A stretch of 64,000 nt of DNA from Neophaeotheca triangularis (GCA_054600435.1 BAAIJX010000001.1:992001-1056000); one strand, 5' to 3'; counted from the first letter of the stretch, positions 34,457 to 47,428 are shown. Numbers and translations are program-made. Notes: generated from the letters alone by a model not told the origin.

Positions 34457-36506
34457 ATGTTTTCCACTGGGGTTATAACGCCGCTTCTGCTATTGCTTTC
34501 TTCCAGTGCCGCTGCTCTGGAGCAACGCTCCAACCACAGTGATGAACTACTCAACGTTGAGCAGCCTGTGGTCGTCAAGCTCAGGCCACAACAAACCACA
34601 ACGCGAGAGCTGCTGAATCTTGATGGTCTATGGAAGTTTGCCCTTGTGCCTGAGGCTGGCAACTCGACGTACGACATGCAATCTTGGGCGGCGCCCATGT
34701 CAACAGATCTCGAATGCCCTGTCCCCGCGTCTTACAATGACATCTTCCTTGATCCGGCCATCCACAACCATGTCGGATGGGTCCGGTACCAGCGCAATGT
34801 GATCGTCCCGAGAGGCTGGTCCCGTAACGACCGATTCGTCCTCAGAGCCGAGTCTGCCACGCACAGGGGCCGCATGTACGTCAATGATCGTGCGGTAGCG
34901 GATCACCAAGGTGGCTACACACCGTTCGAGGCTGATGTCACCGACTTGGTCACCGCTGGAGAGGAGTTTCGCCTTACTATTGCCGTCAACAACGAGCTTA
35001 CTGATCACACCATTCCACCGGGAGTCATCAGTCGTGACGAGTACACTGGAGTGCTGAAGCAAGACTACTACCATGATTTCTACAATTATGCCGGTCTTGC
35101 GAGGTCTATCCTGTTATACACGGTGCCTCAAGAACACATTCAGGATGTTACCGTGACTACAGACGTCGACGGCGAGACTGGAATCATCAACTACGACATC
35201 CAGACGGCTCAGGGCGGAGAAGGCCAGGTAAACGTCCGCGTGCTAGACGAAGACGGCACCATAGTCGCAAATGCCAGCGGGGCCCAAGGATCCGTCCGAA
35301 TTGACTCTGTCAACCTTTGGGAGCCTGGAGCGGCATACCTATACCAATTTCAGGTCAACATCGTCGCCGGAGACGGCAGCGTGATCGACACTTACAGCGT
35401 TGCAACTGGCATACGCACTATCGAGGTCCAGGGTCTCGAGTTTCTTGTAAATGGCAAGCCTTTCTACTTCAGAGGTTTCGGCACACACGAAGACGCTGCA
35501 GTACGCGGGAAAGGACACGATCAGCCCTTTATGGTCCACGACTTCCAACTCCTGAATTGGATAGGGGCCAATTCTTTCCGTACATCTCACTACCCCTATG
35601 CTGAGGACATTTATGAGTACGCCGACAGGAAGGGCATAGTCATCATTGACGAGACTCCCGCAGTGGGCTTGAATATTGCCCTCAATGCCGGATCCCCAGA
35701 AGAGGCCGGCTTGACTTTCAGACCTGGCGCTATCGACAATGTCACTCAACAAGCACATGCACAAAGTATTAGTGAGATGATTAGTCGCGACAAGAACCAT
35801 GCAAGCATTGTCATGTGGTCCATTGGTATGTGTTCCCTCCCCACTCCTGCAAAAGACCCAGGCTAACGTAATTCAGCGAATGAGCCAGCGTCTCAGGAAG
35901 ATGGCGCAAGGCCCTACTTCGAGCCCTTGGCCGCTCTGACTCGCAAACTTGATCCCACTCGGCCCATCACTTTTGCCAATGTGGGCGTGGCCGACTACAA
36001 GGCCGATCAGATCTCAGATCTCTTCGATGTCACGTGCATCAACCGCTACTTCGGATGGTACGTAATAACTTTCAGTCCATTTCGAGTCCTTACTAACGCA
36101 ACACAGGTACGAGGAAACCGGAGACCTCGCGGCCGCAGAGGTTGCCCTCAAAGACTCGCTCCAGGGTTGGGAAGCCCGTTTCCCACGGCCTATGATCATG
36201 ACCGAGTATGGAGCCGACACCATCGCGGGACTCCATGCCGCCCGGGAGGGCGTGATTTTCAGCGAGGAATTCCAAACAGAAATGCTCGATCTATATCATA
36301 GGGTCTTCGACCGTACTGCAAGCATGTCTGGAGAGTTGGTCTGGGCCTTTGCCGACTTTCAGACCAAGGTGGGAACTACGAGGGTTGATGGGAATAAGAA
36401 GGGGATTTTCACCAGGGAGCGCCGACCAAAATCTGCTGCTCAATTGCTGAGGAGACGGTGGACTCCGACAGACAACTATGGTCAATCTGGCAATGCCACG
36501 AGCTAA
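34457..36506 (+). CDS. gusA: Secreted GH2 beta-glucuronidase, UidA/GusA-like
   Basis: Signal peptide; LDGLWKF, PVPASYND, HQGGYTPFEAD, DFYNYAGL, GFGTHED, NSFRTSHYPY, WSIANEP (acid/base Glu), MTEYGAD (nucleophile Glu) and the GUS-diagnostic GNKKG. Introns at 35826-35876 and 36058-36106. Confidence 0.93.
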
Positions 36507-37527
36507 ATGAGTAGATAGAGATTGTGCAAAGGTCTGGTGGTACCTCGTATTGCATATCCGGTGGAGGAGGTATGGTCAAAAATTTAAGGGGGTGCCCAAG
36601 CAGAAATCGGGGAAACCTTCGATATAACCACAAATAAGCGCCTCAGCCTACCCTAATTCCAGCAAAAGTACGTCCTAGCATCCAATGGCAATAGCTAACG
36701 TGCCATGACTTCGTCACATTTCCAGTCACGGCGAACCTAACGAAGCTCCTCACGGTCCTGCAGATATCGGCTACGAGAGCTCAGGCTGCTCAGCTATGGC
36801 AAAAAATGGTGTTACGGGCTCCGTAACCTGTCAATGACGTTGCCAAAAGACATGTGCCCTGCTGCAATATATATTCCGGTTCAATGGAATCTGTCTAAGA
36901 TTTCTCGTGTGTCCAGTCCTCGCTGCACGAGCTACCTCGCCAGAATCACTACCCTCTGGAAACATACATCTAGTACCAAAACTCGGTCTATCTTCCCCTA
37001 GGCCGTCGCACTCCCTTTCGACTCGTATGGCAAATCAACCAACCGCTATGCCATGAAAGGTTGCAGTGCACTTCTCGCTACTGAAGAGTTGCTCCCGGCA
37101 GATACAAAACTTCCTATCACTTTGTCTCCCGACCAGACGGCATATTGAAGAGACTGTCCATCCAAGCAGCACCCAGCAGCAGCAGTCTAGGTAAGCTTCT
37201 GAAACGTGTTGTGTGTTGCTGCAGACTTCCTTTTGCCCTGCATTTCGAGCAAACGCTTTCCTTTGTCTAAGCTCAGGGGCTATAGCGATGGCACTTGTGT
37301 CTGACCAAGGCAGAAAGAGATGGAGGTACTCAACACCTTTAGAGTGTTTCAGCAGCAAACAACACAAGCGTGCGTTGAAAAGGACAAGCTCTCCCATCCC
37401 ATAGGCTCTTCCCTCATCCCTCCTACCATCACCTACTACACACTGGTCCATCTCTCACAGCACCCGTAACCCTCTACCTCGTTCTACATCAGGGACGTTC
37501 TCTAATCCTCATCTTCTCGCATCAACG

Positions 37528-39132
37528 ATGGCTTCCTCCGATGAGGAAGAGGCGATTTCCGCTAACCTGGAGTCCTCCGTCGACAAGGAAAAGCAAATCC
37601 TCGCGGACCTGAAGTCCTTCGTCGACCAACAGACACATGCCTCCACATTCGCCTGTGGCGGGAGTCTAAGTCTCGCAGTAGGCAAGGGTGGCAGCCCGGA
37701 GGACACTGACAAGGACCACAACACCAAGCCCGTCACGATCCGCTTCGAAGACAAACACTCGGCTAACCATGTGCTACGCATCCCGTCCCCGGCCAAAAAT
37801 GACATAAGCGATTCCGAGACCCTGATCACGCTGTTGCAGGTCTGCGAGCCAGCCACATTCGGCCGCGGCAACGAGAACGTCCTCGACGAAGGCTACCGCA
37901 AAGCCGGCAAGATGGACAGCGAAGCTTTCGACACCAATTTCTCCCCCTACGAGACCGGCATCGTGGACCAGATCGCTCAGCTGCTTTTGCCGAACCTGCG
38001 CGCCAAGGAGAGTCTTGAACGCAGCGTCAGGGCTGAGTTGTACAAGCTCAATGTCTACAGCGGCCCCGACGGCAGGTTCAAGAAGCACGTCGACACGCCT
38101 AGGAGTCCGGAGCAGTTTGGCTCGCTCGTTGTCTGCTTGCCGGTGGAGCACAAAGGTATGCATGTATTTTGTTTGAAGCAGATGTGTTTCGTATCGAGGC
38201 TCACGCGGTCTTCGCCGGAGGGCAGCTCGTCTTTCGTTACGGCGGCAAAGATGTCGTCTTCGACTGCTCGCAAGAAGCTTCCAGCGGCCAGGCTCCCAAG
38301 ATCCGATGAGCGGCTTTCTACAGCGACTGCGAGCACGAGGTGTTGCCCGTGACCAGCGACCACAGGGTCACCTTGACGTACAACCTCTACGCCACCAAGG
38401 GTCTGGGAGCGCTCGCTGGCAGTGTCTCCGGGCTCGACGCCAGCAAGTTCCCCGTGTACCAGAGCATGAAGCAAGCCATCACCGATCCAGCGTTCTTGCC
38501 TCGCGGTCCGTCTCCCTGGTCCTTTCTCAAGCCATAGCCATGCGGAAAGCGCTAACGCAATCACCAGGCTGCAAAGTCGGCATCTTCCTCAAGCACGCCT
38601 ACGCCCACACTCATCCGCAAGTCAACCTGCTCCCGCACTCGCTCAAAGGCGTCGACATGGTCATCTACCAAACCGCCAGAGCCCTTGGGCTGGAAACCTC
38701 AGTCCGCCCAATCACGGAATTCGGTTACGGCAGGTACAAGTACACGGCGGCGGGGCGCGACAAGGTCAAAGACGACGTCGTCGCCGGCGATCTCTACGAA
38801 GACCAGGCGCCCTCGCGCTACTGGGCGCACGACCGGTTGCGGAGCCGCGATATCGTTTGGCTGAATGCTCGCGATAAGAAGAACCAGGAGCTCGCGCTGG
38901 CGTATACGGTGGTAAGTCTGAGATTGCCGGTAGTCAGACTGACTGGACCTAATGAGTGTTTTGGCAGTATGGCAACGAAATGGCGAACTTGGAAGTCAAC
39001 TACTCTGCTGCTGCTCTGATCATCCAAGTGCCTTCGGCAGTTGCTCGCGGCGTCTTGGTGGAGGAGGAGGAGGAGGAAGAGGAGGAGTGGGACGAGGGTG
39101 AGGATGAAGATGAGGATGAGGATGATTACTAG
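37528..39132 (+). pseudogene. 2OG-Fe(II) dioxygenase (prolyl-hydroxylase-like) with an in-frame premature stop
   Basis: LYKLNVY...FKKHVDTPRS...FGSLVVCLP, then KIR*AAFYSDCEHEVLPVT...RVTLTYNL. TGA at 38307-38309 sits where the family has Trp. The intron 1 acceptor expected at ~38217 reads CCG. Later exons are intact to TAG at 39132. Confidence 0.8.
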
Positions 39133-40027
39133 TGTTGGCACTTCTGCGACTACTCTCCTGCCTGCCATTTGCAGTATCCGGTATCGATTGTGATTCAAGA
39201 TGAAGAAGCACTTCAGTCATGTCGAGCTACAAATGCAGCTCGTGGCATGGCCCAGTGGGCCGAATCGCACTTCCGCTCGAGCAAGATTACTTGCTCTCTG
39301 CCTCGAGCGGTTTGGTGAGAGAGCCTACCACCTACCTTGACCGTTGGGTACAAAGGGAATGGAGGCTTGTCACAACAGCCACCAGAATCCTTGGGGACAT
39401 TTGTACGCTCCTACGCGTAGTGTTAGCAACCATACTTCGCCATAGCACTCTGCCCTCCTCTCATAACCCGCAAAGCGAGAAAAAGTGGAGTAAGTCAAGC
39501 AATTGTCGACCACGACTTTACAAATGGTCTGTAACCAAGCACAAGACACTTCCCTGCACGAAAAACCTGCCGAGCAAAACCACACCCATCAGACGAATAG
39601 GACACTGAAGACCCGCCCGTGCAAGTAGCGCAGCAAATGTAAAAATGGCACAGCACGACGACAACTACAGCACTAGGACATATGGAAAGCAGAAACGCAA
39701 GCGTAACTCCCGGATAAATAAGCTTACGAAACTGTAGCATAAGCGAAATCCCTCCCTCCACAAAAAAACCCAAATGTGAAGTCAAGAGCACTATCCGCCC
39801 GACATCAGTCTCGCACCCCAAGATATTTCCCGTCAAGACGCCCTAGCCACAGCCTGACTAATTAGCTACAGTAGTAGTCGAGGCGAAACGCCAGCCCAAT
39901 CGAACGAACCCCATCCGTGACACATCAGCGGTCGTAAGCGTCGTGAGCTCTCGCAAGAGCTCTGTGTCAAAAGTTGGGACACGGCTGGGAGAGCTTGTGC
40001 CTCCTCGAGGATTCCAGAAGGGATCGC

Positions 40028-42153
40028 TCAAGCGGCGCTGGGCAGCGTTGGGTACCGCACGCCCTGCTGCTCTTCCTCCTGCGACTCCTGCTTAATGGCC
40101 GCGGCGAGCTTCTCTTCGGCCGTGCGCGCAATGTCCATGTGCTCGGGCTCGGTTTGCTTGGGTGCGTCGGATTGCTCAGAAGCGATCTCAGAGAAGTTGC
40201 CTGTCCTGAGTTGGTCTGAGACCCAGTTGCGGAGCGCTTCGATGACGCGAATGTTCTCGACCCATTGCTCCTGCCTGCGGTCGTCGCTCTCAGTGTTCGG
40301 TGGCGTAGTGGCTGGTTCGGAAGAGCCTTCGTGTTCGGCGCGAAGGGCGGGGTCAATGCTATTGGGGGTCTTGGACTTGGCGTCGGCGTTCTTGCCATCT
40401 TCGGGGCGTGGGGTGCGCTCGCGGTCTTGAGCGTCGGCCTCGCCCATTTCGGTGTCCTGCTGGCCGGGTGCCTGGCGTTGCAGTCTTCCGCCGCTGTAGC
40501 GACGTCCGTCAAGACCCTCAAAGCCGGATGCAAGACCGGAAGCCGGAGCTGAAGTGGTGGTGGGGTAGCCTGCGCCGAGGTCCGACATGCCTGTCACGGA
40601 TGGCAAGCTAGGGTACATGGCGTTGCCGGTCATGCTGCCTACGGAGGACCTGCTATGGCTGCTCATAGGTGACTGACCGGAGCTGTTGTAGGAGGAGATG
40701 GAGGCGGGAGTCAACGCCGGAGTGTCGAGGGATGAAGCGGAGGATTGCATGCCCGGCATGCTAGGGACGCCAGACGTGGCAGTGCTGGCACTCATGGCAC
40801 CGCCGCTGCTATTGAGGTGCTGGAAGTTTGGTGGGCTGTTGCTGTTACGGTATTGACCTTGGTGGTTGTTGCCAAAGCCGTAGTCGCCAGTGAATTGAGC
40901 GTGGGTGCCTGGTTGCTGGACACCGGCCGCAGCGGCGTTGTTGCTAGTCTCGTACACGGTGGCCTGGAGCTGCTCGAGGAAGCGATCGATGTCTTGCAGG
41001 TCGCCCTTTGTGCGAGCGTTTGGAAGAGGCAGAGAGTAGCCCTGGTGAGCCATGGGACCCTGCATGCCGCCACCGCCACCGCCGCCGCCCATGCCGCCGC
41101 CATTGCTGAAGGAGTCAAGAAGGCTGGCCGTGTTGAAGTTATTATATCCTCCTCCACCACCGCCGTACCCGCCGTATCCGTTGCCGCTCGAGACGGGGAG
41201 AGGAAGCGAGTTGCCTTGGAGTCTGCCGCCAACGTCGTAGTAGTTGCTTGGGTCGATTGCGCGACGCTTGATGTCACCGAGGAAATCGTTAAGCGCCTCA
41301 ATGGCACGTTTGCGAGTATCCATGCTCTGAATGTCGGCCATGTTGTTGTTTGGGTAGCTCACAGAGCCGTAACCGGCATACTGTCCGTTGGCGGGATGAC
41401 CGTAGGCGGCACCGTTCGCACCGTTGCCCATTTGAGGTTGGTAAGAGGGGTATGGGTTGCCCATGTCGCCGTGGGAGGGGTAGTATGAGTTGGCTGGAGG
41501 GCCGGCGTTAATAACGTTGCCCTGATACACTCGGTCGAACGTATAGTACTTACGCTTTCCATTGTGACCCATTGCACCACCTGGACCCATGCTGCTGCGA
41601 CCGTTGGTGGCAGGCGCGGGCGAGTTCATGAGAACGCTGTCATCGGCGTGTGTCTTGACGTGCTTCTTGAGATCCTGCGGACGCTTGAAGGCCTTGCCGC
41701 AAAAGTCGCATTTGTGCGGCTTCAGTGGGACGTGGACGCGGATGTGGGAGGTAATGTGGTCGCGTTTGACCGTGGTGGTGCGACAGGCGCCCCATTGACA
41801 GGTAAGGTTGAGGTTGTTGGTTGACTTGCGACCGACATGGCGTTCGCAGACGTGGTCCTGGTGATGAGCGCGTTAGTCTTGTTGTTCTTGTTGCTGCTGC
41901 CTTGGGTAAGATCGCGACGACGCGACGGCAGTGTATTACAGCACGTGTCGAGTGTGTATCAACTTACATATAGAGCCTCAGCGCTGTCGCAGCGTTCGCC
42001 GCAGCCCTGCCATTGACAGGTCAGGTTGTCGATGGTGCTGCTGCTCTGCGGGACCTGCTGCACCGGCTGCACTGGCGGCGAGGGTTGCGACACGGCGCCC
42101 TGTGTGGCGGCCTGCACAGCTTGCGCGACGGTTTGGGGGGTCTGTTGGTCCAT
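40028..42153 (-). CDS. pacC: pH-response C2H2 zinc-finger transcription factor PacC/Rim101
   Basis: Three fingers LTCQWQGC...[21 protein letters not shown]...[44 protein letters not shown] and YPTL (PalA-binding YPxL) flank the signalling-protease box [12 protein letters not shown]. Introns at 41967-41858 and probably 41553-41494. Confidence 0.97.
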
Positions 42154-42156
42154 CTT

Positions 42157-43856
42157 CTTGGCGTAGAAGTCGAGGTTGAAGTTGCAGCGGGAGAGGGATG
42201 GGTTCTTGGCGAGGAGGTAGAACGCTCTCTCACTCTCAAAGCCCGACTTTCGGTCTCTCCACTCGTTGACAACTACCACTTCACGTCACGTAACGGGACG
42301 GAACGTAACTCGTCGGAATGCGCGTGTTGGAGTGGTATGGTGTTTGACGAAATTGAAGAGTGATGAATAGGTGGAAAAAGAGAATCGGGAGAGTCAGAGG
42401 CAGAAGAGGGAGGCAAACGGGGGGATGAGGATGGGGATGGGTCTGTTGCTGGTGCTGCTGGCTGGGGGTGCAGTGCAGCGTCGAGGTCAAGAGGGCGCAA
42501 ATTTCTGGGCATCCGCAGCTGGGGGGGGGCTCCGCCGTCATATACAAGGCAGGTAAGGCAGGTAAGGCAGGTAAGCCAGCCAGGTGTGCAGGCCCCGGCA
42601 GGCGAGTCTCGCCGGAGCACGCAGAAGCGCCCCTCGACCGGCTGCTGCTTGGGGGAAAGGAGGGCGCGGAAGCACCAAGACCGCTGCCTTGGCGCCTCGG
42701 TCGTCACAGCCACGCCGCCGACGACGAAGTCAATCAGGATGCGAGTGGGGCTACTGCTGCCATCCCGTTGCCGCTGATTGGCTTCGTGATGGCGAGACTG
42801 GTCCTTGGCGTTGCCAAGCGCTTGGCTTTGCATGCCAAGAGCAAATGCTGACCGAACAGGCGTCTTTCCCGAATTATGAGAATGTTCATACGCGATTCAT
42901 AAATGGCGTACCACGGCACGTGCATTACTCGACACAAACAAGACTTTCACTGCCCTCCCACCTGCACCATAAATCACCCCGTGGGAACGCCTGTTCAGGG
43001 TGGCAGCGATAGCATGCCTCAATGAAACATTCCTCGCAAGGCTCGCAAGTCGTCGATTGCAACATCGCGTAGTAATTGACATCACATTTCACAACGTGAA
43101 AAACTCAATAGATCAAAATCTTGGCAGAGATTTCACCAACCCCTCACCTTCTCGCAAACCTCGCTCGACGCCTCCCCGAAACAAGCGAGCGAGAAAGGCT
43201 TCCTGCAAGCCTCCCACCCAAAGAACGGCGAAGCATCCCTCATCAGGCCAACCAAGACTCCAAAACCGCCAATTCACGCGAACCAGGCCAACCGAAAGCA
43301 CAGTAAGTAAGCAAAAGGGTACAAGGCTACATCACGTGGCAATAGTAGTGATAGGGGACCACTGTACCATTGCTCCCTGGCCTGCTAGGTGTTCAAGACT
43401 GATGAACGTCCACAACCAAAGAAGAAAGCAAAAGCAACAACAGCCCGAAGACCTGCTCACCCACTTCAACACTTCACACCTTCTACAAGAGCAAAAACCC
43501 CAAACCCTCAAGAATAAGCTTCTTATGCAAAACCAAACAAGGGCCCTCAGATACACACATTACTAATAATAATGATGACCTCAACACAAAACACCCAACC
43601 CCCTCCCCTCCCCTACCCTCCCCGGCTGCCGCTGCTGAGGCAAGCAGCAAAACACCCGCCAAGAGCGGCGTCCAAGCCCCCCAAGACTTTCCGCGCAAAC
43701 GCCCAGAGCGGAGGTCTTGGCCAGCCAGCCTTGGCGGGAAATCGGCTGTTCAGGTCCGCTCGCCTTCTTCGCTCCCCTTCTCAAATCACGACCGGTGCTG
43801 GTTTGGTTGGTCGAGCCACGCGTACAATTTTTCTTCCTCCTCCTTTGGTCCCTGGC
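42157..43856. promoter_or_regulatory. Cluster of PacC consensus sites (GCCARG) upstream of pacC
   Basis: 14 GCCARG/CYTGGC hexamers counted by eye at 42157, 42205, 42579, 42688, 42804, 42813, 42821, 42834, 43120, 43376, 43658, 43716, 43730 and 43851. Confidence 0.85.
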
Positions 43857-45354
43857 TTGTGGGCGAGATTATTGAGGTATGATACGGTAGAGGATGCTGG
43901 TGTCGTCATTGGAATTCGATTTTCATGTTCTCTCTCACTCCAGGGCTTGCTCGCTTGGTTGCTTGGAGAGTTTCTCTTTGGTCTTTCTTCTCGCTAGGTC
44001 GGCTGTCGTGATAACTTAGTTGGTGGTGTAAGACAAACCGAATAGAGGCGGCTGTTGGTGGTGTACCTATTGAAGTAGTAATAACATCATCTACTCACGT
44101 GACGAAACCTTTATTTCTGCGAGAATCTAGTCTGTTGAAACGATGTCCACGGACCCCGTGATCAACCCGCCGAATCCTTCACTTCCCCCATCCGGTGGCT
44201 AACCCTCCTAATCACGCCCTCTCGTAGCCCGCAGACTTCCAAATTCGGGGCTTGATACTCCATCGCCGCGGCCACCGTCTCGAAGAGCAACCTCAGCGCA
44301 GGCAAACTTTAACGCTATTTCTGCCGGGCCCCCCTGAGATCAGACACGCGACCGTCTCCGGCATCTCTCTTGCCCAGTCTCTGAAAAAACGGACGGCGTC
44401 CTCGTCGCTTGTATGGCGAGTATGGAAATCGCTGGCATTTTCGCCAGAAAGCGGGCTGTCGGCTTAGCGCTCCTAACGTGCCGGGGGGAGATGGCATTGG
44501 CTTTGAGCAAGCAGCCTTGATTATCAACTTAGCAACGAGCCAGTGCAGCATTTACTCCCTTCCGATGGTGGGGCTCGAAGGCTCCGAAGACGAGAGAAGG
44601 CGATCGATCCTGTTGGGCTCTCGCTGGCTAGAGGTATGTAGCTCGTCTAGATTCCATCACATGCTCTCGAGCAGTCTTGCTGGTCCGGAGCGTGTTGTCT
44701 TACGGTCGATCGAAGAGTAAGGAAATCGGCCCCTAAAATATCCTCGTAACTTGGGAAGTTCGCGGCTTCTTTCGTGCACCGAGCGCTGTGGCTTTTGCGT
44801 TGTTGCTGGGGCGATGCCCAGGGCTAGAGTCCTATGCGCGGCCAGCGGGGTTGGAGAGCGGGACTTCGTTTCCGACGCAACATGGATGCTTGTTCAAGTG
44901 GTGCAGCTGTCTGGGGGTGCACGAGGCGTGGGTAGCGGGGGATATTTGAATGGCTCGATTCTATGGGAGTTGTCTTGTGGTTTTAAAGAATGGATCCCTG
45001 GCTCTTGGTGGTGCAATCCTCCCACCGGCTCCCTTTGACATCAACACTCTTCTGTCCGATGGCAAGCATTCAGCGGCCGCTTGACGCTTTAGTGAGGAAT
45101 CATGCGTGTCGCGACATCATGTTGTTAGTTCCTTTGGCCAGCTGAGTCCTCCGTTTGCCATCGAAGCCTCTTACGCCACAGGCACTCCAGACTCGCGATC
45201 GCGACCGGAGGTATTACAGACCATTTGCTTGGGGAGAGCGACTTCGTTTCAGCGGTCCGGAGGCGCTACTCCGCGGTAACATCTTCAGGAGGTAATAGAC
45301 CGGCCCAAGACGCATCTTCCTCAGGGTTCACGACAGATGGAGAGTCTTGCTCCC

Positions 45355-45885
45355 TCAAGGTGCCAACCCCTTCGTCGCGGCCTCGAAACCCTCGGCAACC
45401 ATCCTCTCGACGACCTCCGGGATGATGATGTCCTTGCGGAACTGCTCAATCTGCAGCAACTCGAGAGCGCGAATTGTAGGGCCCGGGTAGCTACATCGAT
45501 CGTGTCAGCTGAAAATGCCAAATTGAAAGGCGAAAAGGCGAAAGTCTTACGAAAGATAGGTGATGTACTCGGGCTTGGTCCAGTATTGCAGATACCTCAG
45601 GTACTGGACGAACTCGGGCTTGTCGTAGTATTTCTCTACGGCGAGGTGAGAGAGATACAGCGGGTTGGAGAGGGCTTGGACGAACTGTGGTTCGGACAGA
45701 CCTTGTTAGTTTTGGATGGGTCTGTTGACAATAACAGCAGGGGTGCTTCTTCTACTGACCTCCAGCTCTATCTCGAAGCGCGAGTATCCCCCGTATAGAC
45801 GCTCAGGGGCTGGTGGAGGTGGCGGTTCGTGATACGGGCCTGCCTCGTCGGCCGTGGTCGTGGTGGGTTGATATGCTTCGGCCAT
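45355..45885 (-). CDS. MED31: Mediator subunit Med31/Soh1
   Basis: Exons 45885-45760, 45684-45551 and 45490-45355 give RFEIELEFVQALSNPLYLSHLA...FVQYLRYLQYWTKPEYITYLSYPGPTIRALELLQ (131 aa). Confidence 0.93.
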
Positions 45886-47098
45886 TGCTGTGGTGGTACT
45901 GTTTAAGCGCGTCAAGGCTGAGGCTCCTGAATCCGGATGCCCTGTTCTTAGACTCGTTTACCTATTCCCGAGCGTTCGTGTTAGGGATGCTCTAAATGAT
46001 GGGTGTGTAGTGTGCAAGTATGCAAGTATGCATGTACCTAGGTATCTATTTTGCAGCAGGATGCTGGTGGTGAAGAGTACTACTAAGGTAAGGTATGTAG
46101 TAGCAGTGGCGCCTCCGCAAGCCGTGGCTAGCGCGAACCGTCGGTGAGAAGGCTGAAGCTGTGCCCTTTTCCAATTGGCGCTGCCTGCGGTTCTGTGGTA
46201 ATGAAGCTTCGGGGACTGTTCACGTGGGCTGGAAATAATTGGATGGATGGGTGGAGAGGTCAGGGCAGCGGTTCATATGGTAAGGTACCTCTCAGTTCAT
46301 CATATAAGGTAAGTTACCTAGGTAGTTCACACCTTCCAGCTTACTTTTGCCCGCCCGCGCTTTCCTCTGCTCTGACAGCTGTGTTTACAGTTTATCCAGC
46401 CCTACAACACGGGCAGTGATTATAATACAACACGGTCAACCTCCATTGTATCTAAACTTGGAAGCGTTGTTATTCCGTCATCTAAATATCTTGACTCACT
46501 CGCAGCTAAAGGTGTCGTGCTAAGGTAACAAGAGTGGTGTGGGCACGCGGGTGGTGGGGTGGTGAGGTTGTCCATAAGGTACATGCTTGTAAAGTTGTTA
46601 GGTACCTGACGAGATGCTGGAGAGAATGATATTTGGGCAGTGTGATTAATGAGTTGCCGGGCCAGTGGTGTTACTGTGTACTATTACCTATATAGTAGCA
46701 CCTTACCCAGTCTAGTAGACAGTTCACAGTAGTGCAGAGTCAAATGCTACACAATTTGTTTAGAGCCGAGGAATACGATCACCTTCACTACCTACCTTTT
46801 ACCTTTCCCCCTTCGACCCTTCTTCCCCTTTCGAATGGAGGTAAAGCCTGCTCTGCTCTTTACCAACCACTCCCGTCTACCTTGTTATCCAACTCAACTC
46901 AATATTACCGCCCACCCAAGCAAGGTACATGACCAACAAATCCTGACAGACACCAAAGCCCAAGGCTCGAGCCCACTCACGCGCGGCGAATACATCATCC
47001 ACCAAGACTAGGCACCTACCTGCATATCCGGTCAAGGGCGTAATCAATAACAGCGCATAACGATCCATCACCTCCAAACATTCAATCTATCCGCTTTC

Positions 47099-47141
47099 CT
47101 ACTACTATTACTACTTCTACTACTACTACTCCTACTCCTCC
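47099..47141. repeat. Imperfect (CTA)n microsatellite
   Basis: ctactactattactacttctactactactactcctactcctc. Confidence 0.8.
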
Positions 47142-47385
47142 TAGCACCCTGTGCTCTGACCTTACCCTGGACCATCATTCCTCGGCATCCCTACCTCTAC
47201 CTGCCCCCGGAAGAGACAGACAGGCATACGGTCACACACTAGTACCTAGCCGACAGCGACTGCCCCTCCGACCGATCACAATTGCTACCTAGGTACAATT
47301 ACTCCCTGCTACCTTACCTTACCGTCCCTCTGTTTCGGGTAGCCCAACTACTAGTACTGTACCTACAGTAGCTAAGGTATTGACA

Positions 47386-47397
47386 AACAACAATAAG

Positions 47398-47428
<31 letters not shown>

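Noticed and set aside
38307..38309. Selenocysteine reading of the in-frame TGA
   Set aside because: The position corresponds to Trp rather than Cys, and Dikarya lack the Sec machinery.
43000..43997. 188-aa and 141-aa ORFs upstream of pacC
   Set aside because: Non-ATG starts and low-complexity products, lying within the PacC-site-rich promoter.
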